Made by a program: the position numbers and the translations under genes
IMG/VR virus record: IMGVR_UViG_3300037755_000987
Span: 1-64,000 of that record
Source: a virus
Taxonomy: Duplodnaviria > Caudoviricetes
Strand: one strand, 5' to 3'
Length of the DNA stretch: 64,000 bases
Notes under the pieces: generated by a model
Told to the model about the DNA's origin: nothing
The model's input: only the letters and a program-made list of their open reading frames with translations
Database searches by the model: none
Part shown: piece after piece, positions 1 to 9,506 of the stretch
How positions within the stretch are numbered: the stretch's first letter is position 1
How the letters are laid out: each line of letters opens with the position of its first letter

Positions 1-52
1 CTGATGCGGGTCAAGAAGGTGGGGTTCGTCGCCACCGGGCTGAGGCGCGGCC

Positions 53-382
53 ATGGCTGATCGGTCGAAGACCCCGGACCGCACCTTCCGGCTATGGAAG
101 GACGGCTTCGAGGACGCCGAGATCGCGGACCAGCTCCAGGTCACCCGCCAGTACGTTCACACGGTGCTCGGCCCGAAAGAGGAGCGCGGGCTCAACACCG
201 ACGGTCAACTGCGGCGGCTGCGACGGGAGTTGGCGCTCCCGATGGTCGGCGAATCGCAGCGGGTGACCGGGTTTCGTTGCGGCACCAGGAGCGCCTACAT
301 CAAGGGGTGCCGGTGCACGGGCTGCAGGGCCGCGGGCGCCGAGTACAGGCGCCGCCGGCGAGAAGGGGGTCGTCGTGGCTGA
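53..382 (+). CDS. HTH plus Cys-rich zinc-finger DNA-binding protein
   Basis: N-terminal HTH-like EIADQLQVTRQYV; C-terminal CGTRSAY-GCRCxxCR motif. Confidence 0.6.
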   Translation: MADRSKTPDRTFRLWKDGFEDAEIADQLQVTRQYVHTVLGPKEERGLNTDGQLRRLRRELALPMVGESQRVTGFRCGTRSAYIKGCRCTGCRAAGAEYRRRRREGGRRG

Positions 383-1523
383 TCGATCAGGAGTCGGATG
401 GACGGACGCGACGCTCAACGCGACCGTCGGATGCAGCCGCGTCTCTGCCGGCTGTAAAAAATGCTACGCCGAGACGATGGCGGCGCGGATCGCCAACGCC
501 GCTCAGGCGGCGCTGCGGGACGGCAAGCGGCTGACGCCGATGCAGTACGCCTACCGACAGGTCGTTCGGTGGGAGCGGGGCGGCAAGAGGCCGGCGGATG
601 CCCGCGACGTCGCGCTGCCGGCGTGGAACGGCAACGTCGTGTTCATCCCCGAACAGCTCACGCTGCCGCTACGCTGGCGGCGGCCTCGCCGGGTGTTCGT
701 GGATTCAATGAGTGACTTGTACCATGAGGGGCTCCGCTTCGACCAGATCGCCGCGGTGTACGGCGTCATGGCGGCGACCCCTCACCACTGCTACCAGGTC
801 CTCACGAAACGGCCGGCGCGGATCGCGGAGTTCTCCGCCTGGGCCGAACGGCAAGGGCCGCGATCAGCAGGCGACCGTCCGGGCTGGGCCTGTGCGCGTG
901 AGGCCGTCTCCTGGCTGCAGGCCGCCTACGGCGCTGACGATGGCGTGGCGTTGATGGGCCAGGTCGGGTTCCGCGACAACCTGCCTTGGCCGCTCCCGAA
1001 CGTCCTCCCCGGCACCAGCGCCGAGAACCAGGAGACGGCAGACGAGCGGATCCCTGAGCTGTTGCGCGCGCCGGCGGTCGGCCACTTCGTCTCGCTCGAG
1101 CCGCTGCTGGGGCCGATCGACATTGACCCGTGGATCGAAAGGATCGACCACTGCAACTCCTGTCGCGCCGAGAACTCGCCACAGGTCCCCGATCGCTGCC
1201 CCGAATGCGGCGAGCACGGCACGCTGATCTCGACGTGGGGCTACGCGCAGGCTGAGCGGTACAGGTCTGGCGAACGATACGCGGACGGCGGGCCGAACGA
1301 GCCCGACAACGGACCGCAGCTCTCCTGGGTGATCGTCGGCGGAGAGAGCGGCGCCGGCCACCGTGCGATGAAGATCGAGTGGGTCGAATCGATCTTCGAG
1401 CAGTGCCGCGCCGCCGGCGTCCCGCTGTACGTGAAGCAGGACTCAGGACCTCGTCCGGGCTCGCAGGGCCGCATCCCGGACCGGCTGTGGGTTCAGGAGT
1501 TCCCGACGTTGGCGGGCGGGTAG
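375..1523 (+). CDS. DUF5131 (phage Gp37/Gp68) family protein
   Basis: WT-NATVGCSRVSAGCKKCYA, VFVDSMSDL, QVLTKRP, SLEPLLGPI, WVIVGGESG, YVKQ motifs. Confidence 0.9.
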   Translation: MADRSGVGWTDATLNATVGCSRVSAGCKKCYAETMAARIANAAQAALRDGKRLTPMQYAYRQVVRWERGGKRPADARDVALPAWNGNVVFIPEQLTLPLRWRRPRRVFVDSMSDLYHEGLRFDQIAAVYGVMAATPHHCYQVLTKRPARIAEFSAWAERQGPRSAGDRPGWACAREAVSWLQAAYGADDGVALMGQVGFRDNLPWPLPNVLPGTSAENQETADERIPELLRAPAVGHFVSLEPLLGPIDIDPWIERIDHCNSCRAENSPQVPDRCPECGEHGTLISTWGYAQAERYRSGERYADGGPNEPDNGPQLSWVIVGGESGAGHRAMKIEWVESIFEQCRAAGVPLYVKQDSGPRPGSQGRIPDRLWVQEFPTLAGG

Positions 1524-1546
1524 CGCCGGCCGTGTGGACCGAAGCA

Positions 1547-2395
1547 ATGCTGGAGCGCCTGCTGCGGATCGACGGCCACCGCCTCGAGGACTACTCGCTG
1601 GCCGAGCGACTCCGGGCGATGCGAGCGCTCGGCGCCGCGTTCCCCGACCTCGAGGCGGCGCAGGCGGCGTTGGACGCGATCGAGGAAGGCAGCCGGTGTC
1701 AGCACGGTCGACGCTTCGCCGGTGTCGGGCGGCGCTTCTGGACGCCGGAGGAAGACCGCCTTCTCCGCGAGCGCTACTCCGGCAGCGACACCGTCGACCT
1801 GGCGGCGTTGCTCGGGAGATCTCGGCTTGCCGTCTTCCAGCGAGCGAACGGCATGGGGCTGCGCAAGAGCCCTGAGCTTCTCGCCGAGCACGGCCGCCGA
1901 CACCTGTTGCAGTCGGGGAAGGCGTATCGCTTCCCAAAGGGCCACGTGCCCTGGACGAAGGGATTGAAGGGATACGACTCCGGCGGGCGCTCGCACGAGA
2001 CACGCTTCAAGAAGGGCCATATGCCGGCGACGTGGGTGCCGATCGGGACGGAGGTGCGCGACCCCAAGGACGGCTACCTCAAGAGGAAGGTGTCCGACGA
2101 CCGCACGAAGGCGAGCCGCTTCAACTGGCGCCTGGTGCATCACCTGCTGTGGGAGAAGCATCACGGGCCGATCCCCCGCGGGCACGCCGTGGCCTTCCGC
2201 GACGGCGACCGCGCCAACATCTCGATCAAGAACCTGGAGCTGATCACGCGGGGCGAGCTCGCAGCTCGCAACCATCACAGCAACCTCCCGCCGGAGTTGG
2301 CGGAGGTGATCTTCTTGAAGGGTTGGGTGAAACGAAGAATGCGGGAACGACAGGAGGAGGTAAGCCAGGATGGCCGAGCAGCATCAGATCGGTGA
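1547..2395 (+). CDS. HNH endonuclease with Myb-like and NUMOD-like segments
   Basis: FWTPEEDRLL, FxKGHxP repeats, HHLLWEKHHGPIP-FRDGDRAN-NLELI; start uncertain. Confidence 0.85.
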   Translation: MLERLLRIDGHRLEDYSLAERLRAMRALGAAFPDLEAAQAALDAIEEGSRCQHGRRFAGVGRRFWTPEEDRLLRERYSGSDTVDLAALLGRSRLAVFQRANGMGLRKSPELLAEHGRRHLLQSGKAYRFPKGHVPWTKGLKGYDSGGRSHETRFKKGHMPATWVPIGTEVRDPKDGYLKRKVSDDRTKASRFNWRLVHHLLWEKHHGPIPRGHAVAFRDGDRANISIKNLELITRGELAARNHHSNLPPELAEVIFLKGWVKRRMRERQEEVSQDGRAASDR

Positions 2396-2681
2396 GCTGA
2401 GACAGCACCTTTTCGACACGCTGAAGGACCTACGGGACAAAGAGAAGCCCGTCGACCGGGAGCGCGTCGAGCTGACCGTCGCGGTGGCGGAGCAGATCAT
2501 CAACACCGGAAAGCTCGAGGTCGACGCGGAGCGTGTCGCCCGCAAGATCATCGGCACCGGCTTTCTGCCGGAGAGTCCCAAGGGCAAGCTTCTCCCGTCA
2601 GGCGCGGATGACGACGACGGATTGACCGAAGCGCAGCGCGGGCGCCTCGAGGCCGCCCGGGCGCGGGACCGACAGAGGTGA
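2370..2681 (+). CDS. conserved phage hypothetical protein
   Basis: Overlaps HNH stop; LRQHLFDTL-AEQIINTGKLEV pattern. Confidence 0.7.
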   Translation: MAEQHQIGELRQHLFDTLKDLRDKEKPVDRERVELTVAVAEQIINTGKLEVDAERVARKIIGTGFLPESPKGKLLPSGADDDDGLTEAQRGRLEAARARDRQR

Positions 2682-2722
2682 GCGGGATGACCAACACCAA
2701 CGGAGAGGAGAAGGGAGCACCG

Positions 2723-3019
2723 ATGGAATCCGGAACGGTGAAGTGGTTCAACGACGAACGCGGCTACGGCTTCATCTTGCCGACCGCCGGCGGCGAGGAC
2801 GTCTTCTTCCACCACAAGACGATCGCGATGGCGGGCTTCCGCACCCTGAACGAGGGCGACGCCGTCAAGTTCGAGCGTGGCATCGACATCGGCCGCGGCC
2901 CGCTCGCCGAGAAGGTCATCCCGCCGGAGAGGCCGTTGCGCCGGCGGCAGCGACGGCCGCTCCAGCAGGGGCTGCCGCGCCGCGGCCGCGACCAGCAGCC
3001 GGGTCAGTCGCTGCGATGA
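2723..3019 (+). CDS. cold-shock domain protein with Arg/Gln-rich tail
   Basis: GTVKWFNDERGYGFI (RNP1), DVFFHH (RNP2), GFRTLNEG; RBS AAGGGAG. Confidence 0.92.
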   Translation: MESGTVKWFNDERGYGFILPTAGGEDVFFHHKTIAMAGFRTLNEGDAVKFERGIDIGRGPLAEKVIPPERPLRRRQRRPLQQGLPRRGRDQQPGQSLR

Positions 3020-3079
3020 GCGCCGCCCGCCACCCTGTTTTCCCCGTCGACAATCAGATAACCTAGGAAGGGGTCACGG

Positions 3080-4027
3080 ATGCCAATTACCGCAGAACAG
3101 CGCTCCGCACGGCGCAAGGGCCTCGGCTCGAGCGACATCGCCGCCATCATGGGTTTCGACCCGTTCCGTTCGGCCGGCGACGTCTGGGCGGAGAAGGTCT
3201 ACGACCTCGACGACCTCGATCCCGCGAAGAACAAGTCGATCAAGCGCGGCAACCAGTTCGAGCGGTCCATCCTCGAGGCGGCGGCCGAGGACAACGGCTT
3301 CGACCTCGAGCTCGATGATCAGGGGGTCCTCTCGCTGGTCAGCGCGAAGGACCCGCTCTTCCGCTGCAACCTCGACAGCCGCGTCATGACGACCGTCGAC
3401 GGCCAGCGCCGCCCACTGCCCGAAGCGGTCGAGGCGAAGTGGACGGCGATGGGCGAGGAGTGGGGCGAGGCCGGCACCGAAGAGGTGCCTCAGCGGGTCA
3501 TCCTCCAGGCCCACCAGCAGATGTTCGTGGGGGAGCTCGAGGTCGTCCGCCCCGCGGTTCTCCTCGCCCGCTACAGCCGCCCGGACGTGGACGTCTTCCT
3601 CGTCAGCCGTCGCGAAAAGCTCATCAACATCATCGTCGAGCAGGGCCACGCCTGGTGGGAGAAGCACGTCCTCGGTCGGGTGCCACCCGAGAACGACCCG
3701 CCGTCGATCGACACCATCAAGCGCATCCGGCGCGTGCCGAACGCCGTGGCCGAGATCTCGGCCGAGTTGGTCGAGGAGTGGGATCGGCTGCTCGCCGAGC
3801 GCCTGGCGCTCGAGAAGGATGAGAAAGCCGCGAAGGAGGCGATGCTCGCCGCTCTCGGCGACGCCGAAGCCGGCGACTACGGCGACCCGCTGAAGTGGGT
3901 CACGTACTTCGAGACGTCGACGAGCACCCTCGACCAGAAGCAGCTCGCTCGGGAGTACCCCGACGCCTACAACGCCTGCCGCCGGAGCGGCAGCTACCGC
4001 ACGCCGCGCCTCGTCAAGAGACGCTGA
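3080..4027 (+). CDS. YqaJ-like (lambda exonuclease family) recombination nuclease
   Basis: RRKGLGSSDIAAIMG, RGNQFE, CNLDS, VEAKW, QAHQQM. Confidence 0.9.
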   Translation: MPITAEQRSARRKGLGSSDIAAIMGFDPFRSAGDVWAEKVYDLDDLDPAKNKSIKRGNQFERSILEAAAEDNGFDLELDDQGVLSLVSAKDPLFRCNLDSRVMTTVDGQRRPLPEAVEAKWTAMGEEWGEAGTEEVPQRVILQAHQQMFVGELEVVRPAVLLARYSRPDVDVFLVSRREKLINIIVEQGHAWWEKHVLGRVPPENDPPSIDTIKRIRRVPNAVAEISAELVEEWDRLLAERLALEKDEKAAKEAMLAALGDAEAGDYGDPLKWVTYFETSTSTLDQKQLAREYPDAYNACRRSGSYRTPRLVKRR

Positions 4028-4060
4028 CGCCCAGAACCCCGCACAAAGGAGGAGCACGAG

Positions 4061-5329
4061 ATGGCCGAAGTCGAAGCCCAGAAGCCGGTCGCCGAAGGCG
4101 AGCAGCTCGAGCAGGCCCCGAAGTTTGATGCGCTGGCGCCGGTTGGCGATCAGCGAAACTTGAAGGCGATGCTCGAGAAGATGTCCGGCAGCATGAAGGC
4201 GCTGCTGCCGAGCCACGTCACGCCCGACCGGCTCATCAAGACGATGCTGGTCGCCGCCAACCGCAACCCCGACCTCCTGCTCTGCACGCAGGCGTCAATC
4301 GTCGAGACGATCCAGCGCGCCGCCGAGTTGGGGCTCGATCTGTCGGGGACCCTGGGCGAAGCCTACCCGGTCCCGTTCAACAACAAGATCCGCTTCACCG
4401 CGCCCAACGGGCAGAAGCAGGAGATGTGGGTCAAGCAGTGCCAGCTCATCCCCGGCTACCGAGGTCTCGCCAAGTTGGCGCGCCAGAGCGGCGAGATCAA
4501 GAGGATCGAATCCGAGGTGGTGTACCAGAAGGACGAGTTCGACTACGTGAAGGGGACGGCGTTCCGACTGGTCTACCGACCACACCTCCAGGATGACCGA
4601 GGCCCAGCGCTCGGCGCCTACTCGCTGGCCGAGTTCAAGGACGGCGGCCTTCAGGCGGACTTCATGACGGTAGGGGAGATCGAGCGCATCCGGAAGATTT
4701 CGAAGTCGGGCGCCGACAAGAAGACCGGCGCGCCGATCGGGCCGTGGCGGGACCACTGGCCCGAGATGGCGAAGAAGACGGTGTTCCGGCGGCTGGCGAA
4801 GTGGCTGCCGCTCTCGTCCGACAAGTTCGCGCAGGCGATCGAGGCGGACAACGTCGACGTCGACCTCGAGGACCTGATGCCGACAGTAGAGGTCGTCACC
4901 AACCGTGTCGACGACTTGATCGAGAAGCTCGAGGCGAAGGGAGCGGAGCCGGAGGCCGGGTCGGAGGTGGAGGGCGCAGCCGACGAGCCGGAGGAGGACG
5001 CCGACCCTACGGCGGAAGAAGCCGCGGCGAAGGAACCGGCGGCGACCGAGGCTAAGGCGGCGACGGAGGCGCCGAAGAAGAAGAGGCCGGGCGCGCCGCC
5101 CTGGGACACGATCGACGACGACCAGACCGCCGAGCTGCTCCACATGCTGCGGAAGGCCGGCGCCAGCGAGGCCGACCTGCTGGCCGCGCTCGAGACGGCC
5201 GACATCGGCGCCGTCAAGTGGTTGCCGGTCGAGGACTACGACAACGCGAAGCGGGCGATCGCCGGCCTCGCGAAGGGCGGTGGCAAGAAGCGGAATCCAG
5301 CCGATGACGCGCAGCAGACCCTCACCTAG
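4061..5329 (+). CDS. recT: RecT family ssDNA annealing protein with C-terminal extension
   Basis: AAELGLD-GEAYPVPF, IPGYRGL-LARQSG, W-D-W-EMAKKTV-RRLAKWLPLS. Confidence 0.93.
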   Translation: MAEVEAQKPVAEGEQLEQAPKFDALAPVGDQRNLKAMLEKMSGSMKALLPSHVTPDRLIKTMLVAANRNPDLLLCTQASIVETIQRAAELGLDLSGTLGEAYPVPFNNKIRFTAPNGQKQEMWVKQCQLIPGYRGLAKLARQSGEIKRIESEVVYQKDEFDYVKGTAFRLVYRPHLQDDRGPALGAYSLAEFKDGGLQADFMTVGEIERIRKISKSGADKKTGAPIGPWRDHWPEMAKKTVFRRLAKWLPLSSDKFAQAIEADNVDVDLEDLMPTVEVVTNRVDDLIEKLEAKGAEPEAGSEVEGAADEPEEDADPTAEEAAAKEPAATEAKAATEAPKKKRPGAPPWDTIDDDQTAELLHMLRKAGASEADLLAALETADIGAVKWLPVEDYDNAKRAIAGLAKGGGKKRNPADDAQQTLT

Positions 5330-5349
5330 AACCGACCGAAAGAGGGTCC

Positions 5350-6402
5350 GTGTCAGGACTGCTGGCGTACATGCCAACCTGGGTCGCCGCCTTGAGCGAT
5401 GCGACCAAAGCGATGGACCCGGACGCCCGGCTCGTCTACTACGAGCTGCTGTTCGTGCAGTGGAGCGAGCATGGCGTCCTGCCGAACGACGTCGAGGAGC
5501 TGCAGCGCCTGGCGCGGTTGACCGAGTGGCCGGCCGAGCGCTTCGGCGCGGCGTGGGGCCTGATCCAGGGCGGCAACGGCCAGAAGGCGAAGTTCGTCGC
5601 CGACCGGCACGGGCTCTACAACGCCCGCGGGCGAACGGAGTACAGAAAATCGCTCGAGCGGATCGTCAAGAGCCACCGCGGCCTGCTCGCACAGCACGGC
5701 TGCCCGGAGTGCCGGGAGCTGGGGAGGCGGATTGACCTGGACGATGGCTGGGTCCGCCGCTGCCCGCGGTGTGGCGTCGACCTCTGGTTGCGGTTCCCTC
5801 AGGTCCTGTGGCTGCCGAAGGTCTACCCGCCGGAGCCGAAGAAGGCGCGCGTCGTGATGCCGGTCGAGGCTCCGGTCGACGCCGAGGCCGAGCAGTATGC
5901 CTTGGCCGTCGAGGAGGCGTGGATCCACATCTGTGGCCGGGCCCGAACGCTCGGCCAATCCGAGGGCGCCCTCATCCTCGAGTGGCAGGCTCAGGGGGTC
6001 CCGCTCGGCATCGTGCTCGACGCCATCGAGGAACTGTCGCACCGGGCGGGTCGGCGTCCTGCGACGCTCGTCTACTTCCGTCCGATCATCGCCGAGCGCT
6101 TCGCCACGCACCAGCGGGTTGCGGCGACGGCGGCCCCGGTGGCCGTCCAGGACGGAGAGCCGCAGCGAAGCTCGACCACCTGGTCGTCGATCCTGGAGCG
6201 CCTCGAGGAGAGGTTGAGCCTCGACGAGGTCGACACCTGGCTCCGGCCGCTGGTCGTCGCCTCGGAAAGTCGTCGCGAGGTGGTGCTCTCCGCCCCGAAC
6301 GCGAGCTTCCTGCACCTGGTGGCGTCGCAGTACGGCGCCGCGATCGAGCTCGCCGCCGGCGACGGGCCGACCGTCCGTCTCACGCTCGCGAGCGGGCAGT
6401 GA
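5350..6402 (+). CDS. replication initiator: DUF1376/YdaU-like N-terminus plus DnaA domain I-like C-terminus
   Basis: LVYYELLFVQWSEHGVLPND-LARL; WSSILERLEERLSLDEVDTWLRPL-VVLSAPNASF. Confidence 0.75.
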   Translation: MSGLLAYMPTWVAALSDATKAMDPDARLVYYELLFVQWSEHGVLPNDVEELQRLARLTEWPAERFGAAWGLIQGGNGQKAKFVADRHGLYNARGRTEYRKSLERIVKSHRGLLAQHGCPECRELGRRIDLDDGWVRRCPRCGVDLWLRFPQVLWLPKVYPPEPKKARVVMPVEAPVDAEAEQYALAVEEAWIHICGRARTLGQSEGALILEWQAQGVPLGIVLDAIEELSHRAGRRPATLVYFRPIIAERFATHQRVAATAAPVAVQDGEPQRSSTTWSSILERLEERLSLDEVDTWLRPLVVASESRREVVLSAPNASFLHLVASQYGAAIELAAGDGPTVRLTLASGQ

Positions 6403-6752
6403 CCGCGGCCTGGGTCGATCAGGAGCCGCCGCCGGTGGCAGACGACCCGGACGAGGATCTCGTCGACTCGGCGCCGGGCGAAGAGGAGGTTGGCGTCGAC
6501 GCCCTGGTCGTCTGGACGAAGGCGCTGCCCCCGACCCGGCCGGTCTACCGCTACGGCGTGCGTCTGGTCCCGCGGATGGCGACCGCCGCCTCAATGGACG
6601 AAGTCGAGAGCCTGGTCGGTCAACTCCTCTTCCTCGGCTACGTGCCGACCACGAACAACCGGATGCCGCACGGGGCCGGCGAGTACCAGGTCGACCTGTC
6701 GCGGCCGACCGGCAACCTGTGGGTGGTGCGCTGGTATGACCGGACCGAATGA
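6399..6752 (+). CDS. hypothetical protein
   Basis: GTGA overlap with upstream stop. Confidence 0.55.
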   Translation: MTAAWVDQEPPPVADDPDEDLVDSAPGEEEVGVDALVVWTKALPPTRPVYRYGVRLVPRMATAASMDEVESLVGQLLFLGYVPTTNNRMPHGAGEYQVDLSRPTGNLWVVRWYDRTE

Positions 6753-6763
6753 ACTGCTCCCTC

Positions 6764-6792
6764 TTGACCTCGGGAGTCCACTTCCATATACT
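6764..6792 (+). promoter_or_regulatory. sigma70-type promoter, class A copy 1
   Basis: TTGACC-17 nt-TATACT. Confidence 0.85.
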
Positions 6793-6843
6793 TCCCATAA
6801 GCCAAAGGAACACCCCACAACCCACATGGAGGGCCACCCGCAC

Positions 6844-7287
6844 ATGGCCGACCACCGCACCCCCGTCCCACCCCTACCACCGGCAGAGCAGGCGGCGCTC
6901 GACGCCTTCGGGCCGCCAGCCTGTCTCGATCCCAGCGACCCGCCGGCGGCGATTCCGACGCCGGAGATCATCCAAGACCAGTACCTCGAGACGCTGCTGC
7001 GCCGTCGTCTCGCCCGCCTGACCTGGGACGATTGCGCCACCGAAGAGGAGCCGCGGCTTCATGGGCTTCACCTTCTCTCGGTCGTCACGCTGCTGGGGAA
7101 CAACTGGTCGATCGAGGCGATCGCCGTCAAGGTCGAAGACGGCATGCAGAAGCCGGTCGACCGAGACGCCGAACGCACGTTCGACGCTCTCGCCATCGCC
7201 GCGGCCAGCGACGGCCACTTCCAGACGATGAGGCTGCCCGGACGTGAGCACGACTACGTGGTCTTCCTCTACCCGGGGATGGACTGA
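6844..7287 (+). CDS. hypothetical protein
   Basis: GGAGG RBS; first gene after promoter. Confidence 0.6.
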   Translation: MADHRTPVPPLPPAEQAALDAFGPPACLDPSDPPAAIPTPEIIQDQYLETLLRRRLARLTWDDCATEEEPRLHGLHLLSVVTLLGNNWSIEAIAVKVEDGMQKPVDRDAERTFDALAIAAASDGHFQTMRLPGREHDYVVFLYPGMD

Positions 7288-7652
7288 TGAGCACGCCTCG
7301 CCACCCCTTCTACCTGTCGGTCGCCGAGGCGGCCGACATCGTCAACGGCACGCTCCCGGACGACGTCGCCGACCGTCTCCGCCGGCAGATGCGCGTCTAC
7401 CACGGGGTCAGCGTCGTTTCTGCCGTTTCTGCCGAGGAAGCCGACGTCGCCGGTCAGCTCCTGCGCATCGTCGACGAACCCGACGCCGCTGACGTCGAGA
7501 TCGCCCGCTGCGCGCTCTTCTGCGATTGCGGCCTGGACCGCGGCGAAGGTGGTGACGACGACGGCGAGCACGACGACACGTGCCCGGCGTTCTACCGCGA
7601 CGACGTCGCCCGGCTGCTCTCCGCGGCACGCCGGGAAGGAGTCCGGCCATGA
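7287..7652 (+). CDS. hypothetical protein
   Basis: TGATG coupling; Cys/His cluster. Confidence 0.55.
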   Translation: MSTPRHPFYLSVAEAADIVNGTLPDDVADRLRRQMRVYHGVSVVSAVSAEEADVAGQLLRIVDEPDAADVEIARCALFCDCGLDRGEGGDDDGEHDDTCPAFYRDDVARLLSAARREGVRP

Positions 7653-8818
7653 GGATCGAGGTCGACCGCGACTTCTTCCACCGCGAGCTTCGCCTGCTGA
7701 CGGCGTACCTGTCGGGGCGTCTCACTGAGGTCCGAATCCACGCAACCGCCGAGGGCGTCACGCTCCTGGGCGCTCACCTGGCGACGCGATCTGCACGCGT
7801 CCCGATTCTGCCGGCGCGCGTCGACCAGGAGGGCTGGTTCGACGTCGACTTGCCGCTCCTCACCAAGGGCCTGCAGGCGCTGCCGAAGGGCCGGGCGCGG
7901 ATGAGCGTCGAGGAGGCCGAGAACCGCGACCGCTACGCCGACCGGCTCAGGATCGAGGTCGGCGGCCGCCACGTGTCGATCGCGGGCCACCTCGGGAAGG
8001 CCCGCCAGGCTGGAACGCAGCTCGTCGAGCCGGAGGGTCTCTTCCTCGAGTTGCCGCTCGAGAAGCTGCGCGACCTGTACGTCAGGGTGGCGGACGCCAC
8101 GACCACCAAGGACGAGGGCCGCTTCCGGCTCGACGTCGTGCGCTTCGAGGTCGGCACGAAGGGCGACCTGATCGCCGTGGCGACCGACAGCCACAGGATG
8201 GCAGTGGCCCGATTGCCAGTCGACGCGGGATGGAAAGCCGACGGCGAGCCCATGCTCGTCTCTCGGTCCCTCCTGAACGAGGTGCTCCGGTTCGAGGGGA
8301 TCAGCGGGTTGAAGACGCAGATGCTCCGGGGCGACGTGTCGGCGGCGTTGACCCTCGACGGACGGGTCTTCGCGGAAGCGGTCGGCAAGGGCTCGTTCCC
8401 GGACTGGCGCGCGGTGCTTCGCGCGGAGCGGCCGATCTCGGTGACGGTCGAGCGCGAGCGGCTGATCGAGATCACGAGCTGCGCGAAGCTGATGTCCTGC
8501 TCGACGCTGATGTTGCGGCTGGCCGAGGGCTCCGGCATCTTCCGGGTCGCCGGGCGGGACCAGGGCACGGTCGTCTACGAGGACGAGCTCGACGTCGTCG
8601 GCGCCGACGCGGACCAGGTGGCGGTCGAGTGCAACGCCAACCCCGTCTTCTTGCGGGACGCGGCGATCGCGATGGAGCCCGCCAGCCACGTCTCGCTGTT
8701 CTTCGAAGCGCAGCCGTTGAAGGCGTTCGAGGTCCGGCCGGCCGGCGCCGTCAAGCTGCCATGGTCGCTCGAAGTCGGGCACCTCATCACCCCGATCATC
8801 ATCAAGGAGAGCCGATGA
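7649..8818 (+). CDS. dnaN: divergent DNA polymerase III beta sliding clamp
   Basis: About 390 aa; RFRLDVVRFE, AVATDSHRMA, GSFPDWRAVL, NPVFLRDA, HLITPI. Confidence 0.85.
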   Translation: MRIEVDRDFFHRELRLLTAYLSGRLTEVRIHATAEGVTLLGAHLATRSARVPILPARVDQEGWFDVDLPLLTKGLQALPKGRARMSVEEAENRDRYADRLRIEVGGRHVSIAGHLGKARQAGTQLVEPEGLFLELPLEKLRDLYVRVADATTTKDEGRFRLDVVRFEVGTKGDLIAVATDSHRMAVARLPVDAGWKADGEPMLVSRSLLNEVLRFEGISGLKTQMLRGDVSAALTLDGRVFAEAVGKGSFPDWRAVLRAERPISVTVERERLIEITSCAKLMSCSTLMLRLAEGSGIFRVAGRDQGTVVYEDELDVVGADADQVAVECNANPVFLRDAAIAMEPASHVSLFFEAQPLKAFEVRPAGAVKLPWSLEVGHLITPIIIKESR

Positions 8819-9078
8819 GCCAGAGCCATAAGCTGGGAGACGACGCGGTCAAGGTGGTGATCGCCTTGCCGCGCGACCTGCGCGAGCGGGTCGACGCGGT
8901 CCTGCCGCTGGTCCAGAAGGAGGGCTGGAAGGGGAGGGCGATGCCGTGGAAGCTGAACGAGCTCGCCCGGGAGGGTGTGCGGCAGGTGGTGGAGGCGCTC
9001 GAGGCGGGTCGCTTCAAGCCGCTGCCGGAGAAGCTGCGGGGCGGCGAGGCGAAGATCCTCAAGGTGGAGACGCGATGA
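8815..9078 (+). CDS. ribbon-helix-helix-like DNA-binding protein
   Basis: KVVIALPRDLRERVD ... NELAREGV. Confidence 0.55.
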   Translation: MSQSHKLGDDAVKVVIALPRDLRERVDAVLPLVQKEGWKGRAMPWKLNELAREGVRQVVEALEAGRFKPLPEKLRGGEAKILKVETR

Positions 9079-9506
9079 GCCTCGACCTCGTCGTCACCGT
9101 TCCCAAGCGGCTCTGGCGCGCCTGGCTGGCGGAAGGGGCACTGCCGGGCGAGGAGGTGCCGCCTGGCGTCTTCTACTACCAGCGCATCGCGGGGAGGCCA
9201 CAGTACGCCGGCACGGTCCCTCAGGATTCCCGCGTCTATGTCGTCGCCTTCGGTCGCCTCCGCGGCTACGCGCCGCTGCTCCGGGTCGACCGCCAGCCGC
9301 CCGCCGGCGCCGGCGACGCGACGATCGAACGCTGGCGCCGCGAGCACCGCGACCGGGTCCACTACTACCTGGTGCGCGCCGGCGGCGCGGTGGCGGTGAC
9401 GATCCCCGAGCCGATCCGAGGCTTCCAGGGCTGGCGCTACCGCTGGTGGCAGCGAGCGGCCGAGGTGCCGTTCCCCGACTGGCAGACGCAGGCGGTGACG
9501 CCATGA
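9075..9506 (+). CDS. ASCH/PUA-like domain protein
   Basis: RVYVVAFGRLRGY core and terminal PIRGFQGWRY. Confidence 0.5.
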   Translation: MSLDLVVTVPKRLWRAWLAEGALPGEEVPPGVFYYQRIAGRPQYAGTVPQDSRVYVVAFGRLRGYAPLLRVDRQPPAGAGDATIERWRREHRDRVHYYLVRAGGAVAVTIPEPIRGFQGWRYRWWQRAAEVPFPDWQTQAVTP

